A DNA stretch of 64,000 nt from a virus, in the IMG/VR virus record IMGVR_UViG_3300047585_000133, positions 1-64,000 of that record. The stretch is one strand, 5' to 3'. Under the pieces are notes generated by a model that did no database searches, was not told where the DNA came from, and saw only the letters and a program-made list of their open reading frames with translations. The position numbers and the translations under genes are program-made. Positions 20,599 through 29,209 of the stretch are shown here, one piece after another; position 1 is the first letter of the stretch; each line of letters starts with the position of its first letter.

Positions 20599-20846
20599 CA
20601 GCCGGAGTACTCCCCGGTGGCGTCAATAGCCGCGTCCCCGGCGACCGTCTGGCCGGTGGGATTAGCCGGGGCGTAGACGGGCACGGCCAGAGACTCGTAG
20701 TCGGCCCGGGACAGGTCGTGCACCAGGCGGTACTGAGTCATCCCGAACCCGTACATCTCGACCATGACGGGCTCGCCCGCCGGGACCGGCTGCGGCATCG
20801 AGATCGGTACGTCTGCGCCCCAGGCGGGGGGAATGTTGAACGGCAT
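20598..20846 (-). CDS. Small tail-region protein
   Basis: RBS GGAGG; coupled to the next gene. Confidence 0.6.
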   Translation of the reverse strand: MPFNIPPAWGADVPISMPQPVPAGEPVMVEMYGFGMTQYRLVHDLSRADYESLAVPVYAPANPTGQTVAGDAAIDATGEYSG

Positions 20847-20879
20847 GAGTGTCTTTCCTCCGGTGCTTCCGGGGGAAGA

Positions 20880-21482
20880 TCAGGTGCCCGGCGTCAGGGT
20901 CCCGGTGTAGATGCCGGTGTATTTGTTGGCCGTCCAGCCCACGCCGTCGCTGATCCGGGCCATGAACGCGGCGACCGCCTGCGACGACTGCTGGGCCAGG
21001 GCGCCGTCCACGGTCCCGGCCGGGATCAGGGCGGAGGATTCCTGGACGATGAACAGGGTGAGGGAGTACCGCTGGTTGGACTTGCCCGGCTTGAGGATCA
21101 GGGAGTTGCCGCCGTCGGGGTCCATCAGGGCCTTGACGTAGACGTTCCAGCGCCAGCCCTTCGGCGGGTAGGTAAACACCGCCGGCGGGTGCATGAGAGC
21201 CTGGGTGTTGCTGTCGGCGCTCTGCGCCTCCATAATCGCGGTAACGGTAGTGAGAAACGCCTGGGCCAGTTCCCAGCTCTCCCCGGCGGAAACGGCGCGG
21301 TCCTCGCCGAGGCTGCCCTGGACGGTGAGGTCGTCGAGCCGGGCGCCGAGGACCTGGATCACCCGGCCGCCGATGGTCTCCACCACGTTGGTTTGCACGG
21401 CCCATGTCCAGTCGATCATGTCCGGATCGATCCTGAACGCGATCGAAGGCCCTCCCGGGTACCCAAGCGTCGCTGTTCCCAT
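20880..21482 (-). CDS. Tail tube initiator-like protein
   Basis: ETIGGRVIQVLG motif; position downstream of tape measure. Confidence 0.65.
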   Translation of the reverse strand: MGTATLGYPGGPSIAFRIDPDMIDWTWAVQTNVVETIGGRVIQVLGARLDDLTVQGSLGEDRAVSAGESWELAQAFLTTVTAIMEAQSADSNTQALMHPPAVFTYPPKGWRWNVYVKALMDPDGGNSLILKPGKSNQRYSLTLFIVQESSALIPAGTVDGALAQQSSQAVAAFMARISDGVGWTANKYTGIYTGTLTPGT

Positions 21483-21559
21483 GACATCACCTCCCCTGGA
21501 CGTACTTCTGTTACTTCCAGGGGTAGCGGTGCATTATCAAGAAAAGCTATAATCAAGGC

Positions 21560-21931
21560 ATGAGGACGAGAACAGCACTGGCGCTCAGCTCGGTAGCCGG
21601 ATCCCTGGGATGCTTCACCGGGTGGGCCGTGATGTGGCTGCGGTACTCCCCGTGGGGAGACACCGGGGCACTCACTATCGGGGTACGGCTCGGCCTGGCC
21701 GGGCTGCTGCTCTTGATCTATCCGGTGCTCCTCGTCGTGACCGCTATCGCGAGGTCGGCCCACCGGGAGCTGCGCGCCCTCGGGCTGTCCGACCGCCAGG
21801 CCAGGACAGTCGAACTGGGGGCGCTGGCAGTAGCGGACGTCGCCTGGTACGAGCACAACCGGAAGGTTTCCGAGCGTCTCACCGAGAGCGTGATGGGACC
21901 GGAGCGAGGAGATAACCCGTGGACTCCCTGA
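21560..21931 (+). CDS. Hypothetical membrane protein (probably leaderless)
   Basis: Two hydrophobic segments; TATAAT just upstream of the ATG. Confidence 0.6.
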   Translation: MRTRTALALSSVAGSLGCFTGWAVMWLRYSPWGDTGALTIGVRLGLAGLLLLIYPVLLVVTAIARSAHRELRALGLSDRQARTVELGALAVADVAWYEHNRKVSERLTESVMGPERGDNPWTP

Positions 21932-22263
21932 GGGCTACCGGCCTAAACGGCAGGAAGATACTCCAAGTCATCGAGACGCACTGCCCGGTCCACTGCCCGG
22001 GTTGCCTGGAATGCCAGCATGGAGAAGCCGTGGGAGTCAGTAACCCGAAGCCGAGGAGCATATGGCACTTCACCTGCCCGGTCTGCAAGCGGGTGATCGC
22101 CGCCAGGGGAGGGATCCTCAAGTTCTGCCTGCACATGCCCTACGATCCGGGCAGGGCCCTCTTCACCGAGAAGGGACGGCCCTGCAAGACGTCCGGGAAG
22201 ACCCTCCGGGAAGCAGAGGTCCTGGCAGCAGAGATCGAGCAGCGCCGTAAGTACCAGCCTTGA
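21919..22263 (+). CDS. Cys-rich putative Zn-binding protein
   Basis: Several CxxC/CxxH motifs. Confidence 0.55.
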   Translation: MDSLRATGLNGRKILQVIETHCPVHCPGCLECQHGEAVGVSNPKPRSIWHFTCPVCKRVIAARGGILKFCLHMPYDPGRALFTEKGRPCKTSGKTLREAEVLAAEIEQRRKYQP

Positions 22264-22931
22264 GCCTCCTCGTGCGCCCAAGCCGCACACGGTGACCCGT
22301 ACTCCGGGTCGATGTAATCGAGTATCCCCCAGCGCACCTGTACGTCCGGGTCAGTAGCCCAGTCAGGCCCTGCCGAGGCCATCTTGTCCCCCGGCAGGGC
22401 CTGCGGTATCCCGTACGCGCCCGACGCGGGATTCTCGGCGTAGGCGTTCCATCCGCTCTCGCGCTCCCACAGCTCGTACAGGCAGGAGTACTGGCCTGAT
22501 CCCACCAGGGACTCGGCGTAGGCCTGCGGGGAGCCGTAGGAGGCCGTCTGGGTCGCCGGGGACGGTGCAGCGGAGTACGAGGGGTACGGCGCCGCCGCAG
22601 GCGCCGAGGACGCAGTCTGAACCGGGTGCGGGGCGGCCTTGACGGTCTTCGGCTCCGGCGGCGGGATCAGCCGGGCCGCTGACAGGTCGTCGGTGACACG
22701 GGGGGCGGCAGTCCCCGCGACCGGAACACGACGGGGGATCCGGGCCCGGTAGGAGGCGAAGGCGCGCGGCGCGGAAGCGGCCTGCGGGGAAACCGGGGTC
22801 TTCAGGTAGTCGGCCGTAAGGGACGGCGGGGAAGAAGGCCAGCGGACGGACGGCTGGACCAGGGCGATGGCCGCTGCGGTCAGGGCGACGGAAGCAAAAA
22901 CCTGGTGCGGTTGCGGTGAGCCGGGGTGCAT
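22140..22931 (-). CDS. Secreted lytic-transglycosylase-like protein
   Basis: N-terminal hydrophobic segment; CLYELWERESGWN, AYGIPQALP and YGSPCAAWAHEEAQGWY domain; start uncertain. Confidence 0.8.
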   Translation of the reverse strand: MHPGSPQPHQVFASVALTAAAIALVQPSVRWPSSPPSLTADYLKTPVSPQAASAPRAFASYRARIPRRVPVAGTAAPRVTDDLSAARLIPPPEPKTVKAAPHPVQTASSAPAAAPYPSYSAAPSPATQTASYGSPQAYAESLVGSGQYSCLYELWERESGWNAYAENPASGAYGIPQALPGDKMASAGPDWATDPDVQVRWGILDYIDPEYGSPCAAWAHEEAQGWYLRRCSISAARTSASRRVFPDVLQGRPFSVKRALPGS

Positions 22932-23055
22932 CGGGCTCCAGACCTCGCGGGGACGGCCTCGGGGCCGGCGCTCCCGCGAGCGGGGCCGGGGCCTAGCCGG
23001 CTGCAAGGCAGCAAAGTAACACGAGAGTAACGAGATGCACACGGGATCCGGGTAA

Positions 23056-25308
23056 TCAGCGGCTCGCCTGGGTGGTGTAGGTGTTAGCCGGGACAGTCGC
23101 GGTAGCCGCCGCCTGGTCGCTGGTGGACGGCAGCAGCTTCAGCAGCTGCGCCGCCTCCGTCGTCAGGCTGAACGTCCCGCCGATCGTGCCGCTCGATCCC
23201 GGGTGAGCCTTCTGGAACGCGGACATCGAGGTACCCAGCGTCGAGCCGGCCTTCTGCTTGACTTCCCCGGCCGTGGAGGCTCCCGCATTGACCAGGCCGC
23301 CGGTCAGGTCGGAGGTGTTCCCGATCGCCTTGCCCGCGCTGTTGTAGAACTCGACCGAGCCGGCCGCCATCTCGTTCGGGTAGTACTTCATCGCATCCTG
23401 CATGCTCATCACCCGCTGCCCGGTTGAAGTCTGCACCGCCACCTGGTCGCTGGAGCTGGTGTTCTGGAGGAGGCTTTCCAGCACGGGGGAGCGCTGGCCG
23501 CTCTGCTTCTCCGCCGCCAGGTAGGGCGCGGCGGCCGAGTTGTCACCCTGGAGCACCTGCTGCCAGGACTTGGACTGGTCGCCGATGATCTGCCCCCACA
23601 GACCCGGCTGGCTCGCGGTGGCCAGGCCGCCCTTCCCGGTCGGGGCATTGCCCAGGTTCTTCGCGGAGACGCTCGCCCCGGTGTTGTTGGCGATCGAGGA
23701 GTTCGAGCTGGCTTCGTTGACGCCGGCCATCTGCTGGACGATGTACTGCATCGCCTGGGTATTGGTCATGTTCGAGCCGGTCATGCTGTTGACGTAGCCG
23801 GCCCAGACGTTCTCGTTGATGTTGCCGCTGGTCTGGTACTTGTTCAGGAACTGGCTCACGATCGAGCTGTACAGGTCGGGGTTGGCCTTCAGCGCGGACG
23901 TGCCGCCCGCCTGCTGGATCATCTGCTGCATGCCCTGCTGCTCGGTCTTGGTCATCAGGCCGCTGGAGGTGATCTCCGAAAGGCCCTGGCCGGACAGCAG
24001 CTGGTTGTACTTCGCCGGGTCGGTCCGCTGGATCTGCTGAAGCTGGGGCACCGACAAGCCGCTCTGCCCGGCCAGCAGGTACTGGTTCTGGGACGACAGC
24101 AGCCCGGAGAAGTTCGCCGAGGACATCTGCTTTCCCCCGGCCGCCTGCATCCCGGCAACGCCCTGCGCCACCCCGGTCGCCCCGTTTCCGGCCCCCTGGC
24201 CGAGCACGGTGGAAAAGTAGGAGGTGAACTGCTGCCGCGCGGTCTCCGCGTTGGTGCCCGCCTCCCCGGCGGCCTTGGACAGGTCGTTGAGGGCGCTGGA
24301 GAGCTGGTCGAGATTAACAACCGGGTTCTGGCTGGCGGCTCCGAGAACCTGAGTGGACTCGTTCACGCTCATCCCGGTCTTCGTGTAGTTCCCGTAGATG
24401 AAATTGAGGGCCGACTGCCGGTTCTGCTGCTCCCCGCCCTCGTCGGACGCCGCCTGGTTGTACCCCATCTGGGTGACCGCGCCGAAAGCCTGGCTGGCGG
24501 CCCCCGACGGCATCCGGCCGAACATGGACGCCTGGTAGGCCAGCGCGTGCAGCCGTTCGGTCTGCGCCCCCAGGTTGGAGCCGCCCTCCACGTTCTGGTA
24601 CATCCTCCCAGCCTCGCGCTGGGTCAGGTACTGGTTGGCGCCCCAGTTGACAGCGTCGATCGCCGTTCCGACACCCGGGATGGAACGGACCGCGTTCATG
24701 ACGGTTCCGGGACCACCGCCGGAAGCCGCGACCTGCGCGCCGAGGTTCTGCAAGACGTAGGCGGTCCCGGCGGCGACCGGGCCCCGGCTGCCCCGCGTGC
24801 CGGTGCCGAACAGGAACCCCGTCAGGCCGCCCTGCGGCCTGACCGGGCCCGGCTGCGGTCCCTGCGGCGCGTTCGGGTTCTGCTGGGCCCCCTGGTTGCC
24901 TCCCCCGCCGCCAGCGGGACCGTTCTGGGTGCCGTAGAGCGGGACCCCGGCGATCCACTGGCCGATCTGCTGCGCCAGGTAAGCCTGCATATTGGATGCC
25001 GACGAGCCAGCGCTGAGAACCGACTGCTGGGCCATGCCGGGGCCGCCGATATTCTGGCCGAGCGCCTGGGCATTAGCGACGAACTGCGGGTTGATCTGCG
25101 GGGTATTGGAGCCGGCACCGCCCTGGTTGCCGCCCATCTGGTAGCGGGCCGAAGCATTCAGGCTGCGCTGGATCATCTGGGTCTGCGCGGTGAGGGCCTG
25201 GTTGAGTCCCCGCAGCTGCTGGGACAGCTGGGACAGAGCCTGCGCATTCGGGTCCGGCTGGTTCACCGACTGCTGCGCCTGCGGGCCGCCCGGCCAGGGG
25301 ATCGTCAT
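23056..25308 (-). CDS. Tape measure protein
   Basis: 750 aa, Ala/Gly/Gln-rich, directly after the frameshifted chaperone pair. Confidence 0.8.
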   Translation of the reverse strand: MTIPWPGGPQAQQSVNQPDPNAQALSQLSQQLRGLNQALTAQTQMIQRSLNASARYQMGGNQGGAGSNTPQINPQFVANAQALGQNIGGPGMAQQSVLSAGSSASNMQAYLAQQIGQWIAGVPLYGTQNGPAGGGGGNQGAQQNPNAPQGPQPGPVRPQGGLTGFLFGTGTRGSRGPVAAGTAYVLQNLGAQVAASGGGPGTVMNAVRSIPGVGTAIDAVNWGANQYLTQREAGRMYQNVEGGSNLGAQTERLHALAYQASMFGRMPSGAASQAFGAVTQMGYNQAASDEGGEQQNRQSALNFIYGNYTKTGMSVNESTQVLGAASQNPVVNLDQLSSALNDLSKAAGEAGTNAETARQQFTSYFSTVLGQGAGNGATGVAQGVAGMQAAGGKQMSSANFSGLLSSQNQYLLAGQSGLSVPQLQQIQRTDPAKYNQLLSGQGLSEITSSGLMTKTEQQGMQQMIQQAGGTSALKANPDLYSSIVSQFLNKYQTSGNINENVWAGYVNSMTGSNMTNTQAMQYIVQQMAGVNEASSNSSIANNTGASVSAKNLGNAPTGKGGLATASQPGLWGQIIGDQSKSWQQVLQGDNSAAAPYLAAEKQSGQRSPVLESLLQNTSSSDQVAVQTSTGQRVMSMQDAMKYYPNEMAAGSVEFYNSAGKAIGNTSDLTGGLVNAGASTAGEVKQKAGSTLGTSMSAFQKAHPGSSGTIGGTFSLTTEAAQLLKLLPSTSDQAAATATVPANTYTTQASR

Positions 25309-25360
25309 AGCTCTGCCTCCTGTGCTTCCGGGGGAAGGCCAGCCGTCCTCCGCGTCTCCC

Positions 25361-25822
25361 TCAGGTCCACTCAGGATGCGGTACGTACTGGTGGCCGCTC
25401 TCCGGCGCCGTCACGCGCGGCATGATCGGCGGGGCCTCCTCGCGGATGACAACCGTCTTGGAAGCCTCGACCAGCGCGGCCATGTCGGCGGCGTACGATT
25501 CGGGAGTAGCCTCTTCCAGCCGGAACCCGGTCATGTCGGACCCGGTGGACGGGAAAGCCGTCTCGTCGCCCTGGTCCGGGCCGGAGAAGAACTCCGGCCA
25601 CGCCTGCACCGGACTGGCCGCGCCGGAAGACACAAGCGAGGCCAGCACGATATCGCGCCTGCGCTGCTGGTCGCCGAGGCCGTCGAGGAAGTACAGGATC
25701 TCCAGGCATGCTTCCTGGACCTTGCTGAGCGACGGCCCTGCTAGGATTCCCCGGCGCTCGGCGATGCGGATCTGGCGCTCAGCCCAGGGTTCGCAGCGTC
25801 CCCCGGGACCGATGATTTTCCC
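25361..25822 (-). CDS. Tail assembly chaperone, -1 frameshifted C-terminal part
   Basis: Entered through slippery G GGA AAA at 25816-25822. Confidence 0.75.
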   Translation of the reverse strand, partial: GKIIGPGGRCEPWAERQIRIAERRGILAGPSLSKVQEACLEILYFLDGLGDQQRRRDIVLASLVSSGAASPVQAWPEFFSGPDQGDETAFPSTGSDMTGFRLEEATPESYAADMAALVEASKTVVIREEAPPIMPRVTAPESGHQYVPHPEWT

Positions 25823-26286
25823 AGCTCCGTCATCACCTCGCGCTGCCTGATCTCCAGCTGGAGGTAGGCGCCGAAGATCGCATCGATGGTCGGGGGAAAC
25901 CAGCGCTTGGCGTAGTTGAAGCGCTCCAGGGCCCACTTGTACGGCTGGCCCGGGTGCTCGCCGAGCGGGACCGGCATCGGCTGGTGGTCGATCGAGTCCA
26001 CGCACAGCCCGCAGATCGCGGTGGCGTACGCCTTGGTACCGCCGATGCCGCCCTCGTACTCGTGAGTGAGCTGGGCGACCAGCAGCTCCTCGTCGGTGGT
26101 GAGAGAGCGGACTGCGATCCGGTGGCCGCACCACTCGAACCAGCCCCGGATGAACCCCAGGGACAGCAGCCCGGAGAAGTCCTCGCGCCAGGCCGCGTCC
26201 TCGGTCTTCTCGAAGTGCACTTCGAGTTCGGCGTCCGTCGGGCCGTCGCCGGCCGGGACTTCCTCGTCCGGGAAAGTGTCGGTCAC
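25741..26286 (-). CDS. Tail assembly chaperone
   Basis: Upstream of tape measure; carries the canonical GGGAAAA slippery site. Confidence 0.8.
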   Translation of the reverse strand: MTDTFPDEEVPAGDGPTDAELEVHFEKTEDAAWREDFSGLLSLGFIRGWFEWCGHRIAVRSLTTDEELLVAQLTHEYEGGIGGTKAYATAICGLCVDSIDHQPMPVPLGEHPGQPYKWALERFNYAKRWFPPTIDAIFGAYLQLEIRQREVMTELGKSSVPGDAANPGLSARSASPSAGES

Positions 26287-26459
26287 GCCTGGTTTTTCCC
26301 GGATTCGGGAATCGTCAGGGTAATGTCGCCGTCAGCGGACGCCACCTTCAGGGTGACCTCGCCGTCAGCGAAAGTAACCGCCGCCTTGCCCTGGTCTGTC
26401 TTGATGCGGCAGGTCACCGAGCCGTCGGCCCCGGCCTCTGCCTTGACGTCGATGTTCAC
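26283..26459 (-). CDS. Hypothetical protein (58 aa)
   Basis: Read by hand: MNIDVKAEAGADGSVTCRIK...; GTGA overlaps at both ends. Confidence 0.55.
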   Translation of the reverse strand: MNIDVKAEAGADGSVTCRIKTDQGKAAVTFADGEVTLKVASADGDITLTIPESGKNQA

Positions 26460-26623
26460 GCGCGGTTCGTCCCCCAGCGCAGCTCCCGTGAGCGCTGCGT
26501 CATCTCCTTGTTCACGTCGCCCGGCGCTGTCCGGGCTGCGGGCTCTGCGACGTCAACCGCCACCGACCCGGACGCGGTCGTGCCGTCCGGGTTGGTGACA
26601 GTGACGTCGATCTGGAGGATCAC
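26456..26623 (-). CDS. Hypothetical protein (55 aa)
   Basis: Read by hand: MILQIDVTVTNPDGTTASG...; shares VTNPDGTTAS with the upstream gene. Confidence 0.5.
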   Translation of the reverse strand: MILQIDVTVTNPDGTTASGSVAVDVAEPAARTAPGDVNKEMTQRSRELRWGTNRA

Positions 26624-26934
26624 GACGCCGGCGGGGTCCCCACCGTGGAGGTGAACACGGCAGTGCCGGCCACGTTGGACGTCTGGGTGTAGGAATCGCC
26701 GAAGCTGTCGGTGACCGAGACGGGGAACGGGGTAGCGGGAGCGCCGCCCACCTGCGCGGTCGCGGTGCTGCTCGCCGTCGTCCCGTCGGGGTTGGTGACG
26801 ACGGCGGTCACCGTCAGGGTGCTCCCGGGGTTGGCCGGGTCGGTATAGGCGACGGTGACCGTGATCGGGTCGCCCGGCTGGTACGAGGGCTGGTCCGTGG
26901 TGACGACGGGAGCCGTCGGAGCGGGGGTAGTCAA
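26620..26934 (-). CDS. Small Ig-like Thr-rich virion protein
   Basis: TDQPSYQPGDPITVTV motif; RBS GGAGGAGG. Confidence 0.6.
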   Translation of the reverse strand: MTTPAPTAPVVTTDQPSYQPGDPITVTVAYTDPANPGSTLTVTAVVTNPDGTTASSTATAQVGGAPATPFPVSVTDSFGDSYTQTSNVAGTAVFTSTVGTPPAS

Positions 26935-26988
26935 GGAGGTCCTCCTCCGGAAGGAAAGTCTGTCTTACCTTCCGGGGGAGGACCGGGG

Positions 26989-27327
26989 TCAGCCGGAGAT
27001 TCTCTTCAGCTCGTCGTACTCGGCGACAATCCGCCCCGGGACGCGGCCCCGGTCCTTGACCTCGTAGCCGCGCTCCCGGGCGTAATCCCGGATTTCCGGC
27101 AGGTCCCGGCGGACGGTACGGCTGCGGCGCGTCCGGGCCGCCGGACCGGACTTCGGTGCCTTGCGGCCCTTCTCGACGAACAGCCGAAGCTCCTCCCGCA
27201 GGTTCCCCGCCTGCTCGTCACTGAGATCGATCTCGTAGTTCGTCCCGTCCAGGCCGAACTGCACAGTCTCAGAGGCCTCGCTTTCGTCGAGGTCGCTGAC
27301 CAGCTCGGTGACTAGCTTCTGTACCAC
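26989..27327 (-). CDS. lsr2: Lsr2 nucleoid-associated protein
   Basis: VQFGLDGTNYEIDL and IRDYARERGYEVKDRGRVP; GTG start after AGGAGG. Confidence 0.92.
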   Translation of the reverse strand: MVQKLVTELVSDLDESEASETVQFGLDGTNYEIDLSDEQAGNLREELRLFVEKGRKAPKSGPAARTRRSRTVRRDLPEIRDYARERGYEVKDRGRVPGRIVAEYDELKRISG

Positions 27328-27401
27328 AGTCTTCCTCCTTGCGCGCGAATGCACTGACCAAGGAGGAATTCTACAGCAATACAGCTTTTCTTGACAGAAC
27401 G

Positions 27402-27944
27402 CTAGTTGGTCAGGGTGCCCGCCACGTACTGGTTGGAGTTCAGCGGCAGGTAGTGGGTGTAGGCGAACGTGATGCCCTTGGTCACCGCGAGGGCCCCGAC
27501 CGTCACCGTCTCGCCGTCGTTGATGTCGACGACGGTGACGTTCTGGTACACCTTGCCGCGCCAGGCACTGGGATTGCTCTCCGTCCCCGGCGGCTTGATG
27601 ATCATCGACGCGGTGACGTAGTTCGGGTCGGCGGCCAGGGCGGTGAAGATGTCCACCATGTCCCAGGTGCCGGTCAGCCCGGCGAGCTGCCACCACACCG
27701 GCTGGCTCCACAGCTCCCGGATGGTGATCATCACCGTCCCGCCGGAGATCACACGGGACGTGGCGATCTCCACCGGGTGCTCGGCACCGATGGGCTGGAT
27801 AAAAACTGGTAAGGCTGTCCAACGTCAGAGAATGCTCTCTGCCCGCTGTCCTCCCACCCCTCGTAAACAGTAGGCGATCGGCTGCGAATTGTAACTAAGT
27901 ACCGTATAACCGCTGCCTACGACCCTTGCTTGGGTTGTTGCCAT
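27402..27944 (-). CDS. Tail tube protein, interrupted by two frame disruptions at UUA codons
   Basis: MATTQARVVGSGYTVL...IAYC / EGWEDSGQRAFSDVGQPYQF / IQPIGAEHPVEIATSRV...; downstream of sheath. Confidence 0.75.
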
Positions 27945-28068
27945 ACCAGGCACCACCTCCCCTCCACTACCGGGCGCTTCCGCGCAAGCCTGCGTCTCTA
28001 GGCCTTCTGGGGGCGCGATGGCTATGTCAATGCTGGCTACACTGATAATCTTGGATCATGGCCCAGGC

Positions 28069-28203
28069 ATGGATCGAGATCGCGCTGCACGGAGCGGGCT
28101 GGACCTCAGCGCGATCGGCGAGGACGGGCACGCCGTCGCCAACCTGCTGTGGAAGATCTCCGGGTACCTGAAGGGCCGGGCCGGCGGCCGGGAGAAATCA
28201 TGA
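28069..28203 (+). CDS. Hypothetical protein
   Basis: Short high-GC3 ORF; start uncertain. Confidence 0.4.
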   Translation: MDRDRAARSGLDLSAIGEDGHAVANLLWKISGYLKGRAGGREKS

Positions 28204-28433
28204 AACGCGCGGTCCGGGTGTGCGCCGTCGTGATGACCGGCGACGGGGACACCGACGAGGACGCCGCCGCAGCCTACGATGCGGTCGCCCGCGCCCTGCA
28301 AGACTGCGCGGCAAGGAAACGGCGCGGAGAGACCAGGCTGCTCCTCCCCATCGAGTACCCGCTGGTCAGGTTCGAGCTGGACAGCGCCCCGCTGGACAGC
28401 GCCCCGCTGGACAGAGCAGAAAGTCATGAATGA
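28200..28433 (+). CDS. Hypothetical protein
   Basis: ATGA coupling; RBS GGAG; C-terminal LDSAP tandem repeat. Confidence 0.5.
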   Translation: MKRAVRVCAVVMTGDGDTDEDAAAAYDAVARALQDCAARKRRGETRLLLPIEYPLVRFELDSAPLDSAPLDRAESHE

Positions 28434-28454
28434 GGGGCCGGGCCGGATCCCGCA

Positions 28455-29207
28455 TCACAGACCAGTGACAGCCGAGGACTGACGCTCATCATCTTTAGAC
28501 AGTCGAAGCGCTGCCTGCTCGCACCACCGCTCATCAGACTCAATTCCGACCGCAGGCAGCCCGAGTTCCCTTGCGGCCAGCAGAGCAGACGCTGATCCCG
28601 CAAACGGGTCAAGCACCGGCAGGCCAGGCGGGGCAACCACGGACAGCAGGTCACGGAGCAGCGGAAGCGGCTTCTCGGTCGGGTGCGCCCCTCCCCGCAC
28701 CGGGGCGCAGCGAAGAACATTCCCCATGTCACGACGCTGCGGGGGAAGCGGGGAGCCGAGCGACATGTGCACGACGAACTCATGCTGATTACGGAAGACC
28801 GCGCCCATCCCGAACATCGTCTTGTCCCATACCAGGGTCGGGTGCTGGCGGAGGTCAGCGCTCTCCAGTGATGCGGCAAGGCTCGCCGCCATGCGCCAGT
28901 CGATAAAGCTGAGCACGTGACCGCCCTGGACGAGCAGCCTCCGCCACTGGAGCCCGCACTGCCGCATGAGCCAGGTAAATCCCTGGGTGCTCATGGCATC
29001 CCCGTGAATCCAGTCGCCGTCCCCTTGCGACCGGATCATTGACTTGCGAAGGCTGCGGGAGTTCTCCCTTCGCCCTCCGCTTGAGTAAGGAGGGTCGGCC
29101 AGGACCGCGCCGACAGTGCGAGGCTGCATTCCTTCCATGATTCCGAGGCAGTCTCCGTAATAAAGAGTAACCAGGTCATCACGGTAATACGGCTCCGGGA
29201 GCAGCAC
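28455..29207 (-). CDS. DNA N6-adenine/N4-cytosine methyltransferase (beta class)
   Basis: YYGDCL, ADPPY, HPTEKP and VLDPFAGS motifs. Confidence 0.9.
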   Translation of the reverse strand: MLLPEPYYRDDLVTLYYGDCLGIMEGMQPRTVGAVLADPPYSSGGRRENSRSLRKSMIRSQGDGDWIHGDAMSTQGFTWLMRQCGLQWRRLLVQGGHVLSFIDWRMAASLAASLESADLRQHPTLVWDKTMFGMGAVFRNQHEFVVHMSLGSPLPPQRRDMGNVLRCAPVRGGAHPTEKPLPLLRDLLSVVAPPGLPVLDPFAGSASALLAARELGLPAVGIESDERWCEQAALRLSKDDERQSSAVTGL

Positions 29208-29209
29208 GG

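Noticed and set aside
25816-25822. Frameshift in the tail assembly chaperone as a novelty
   Set aside because: Canonical GGGAAAA -1 site, well known in tailed phages
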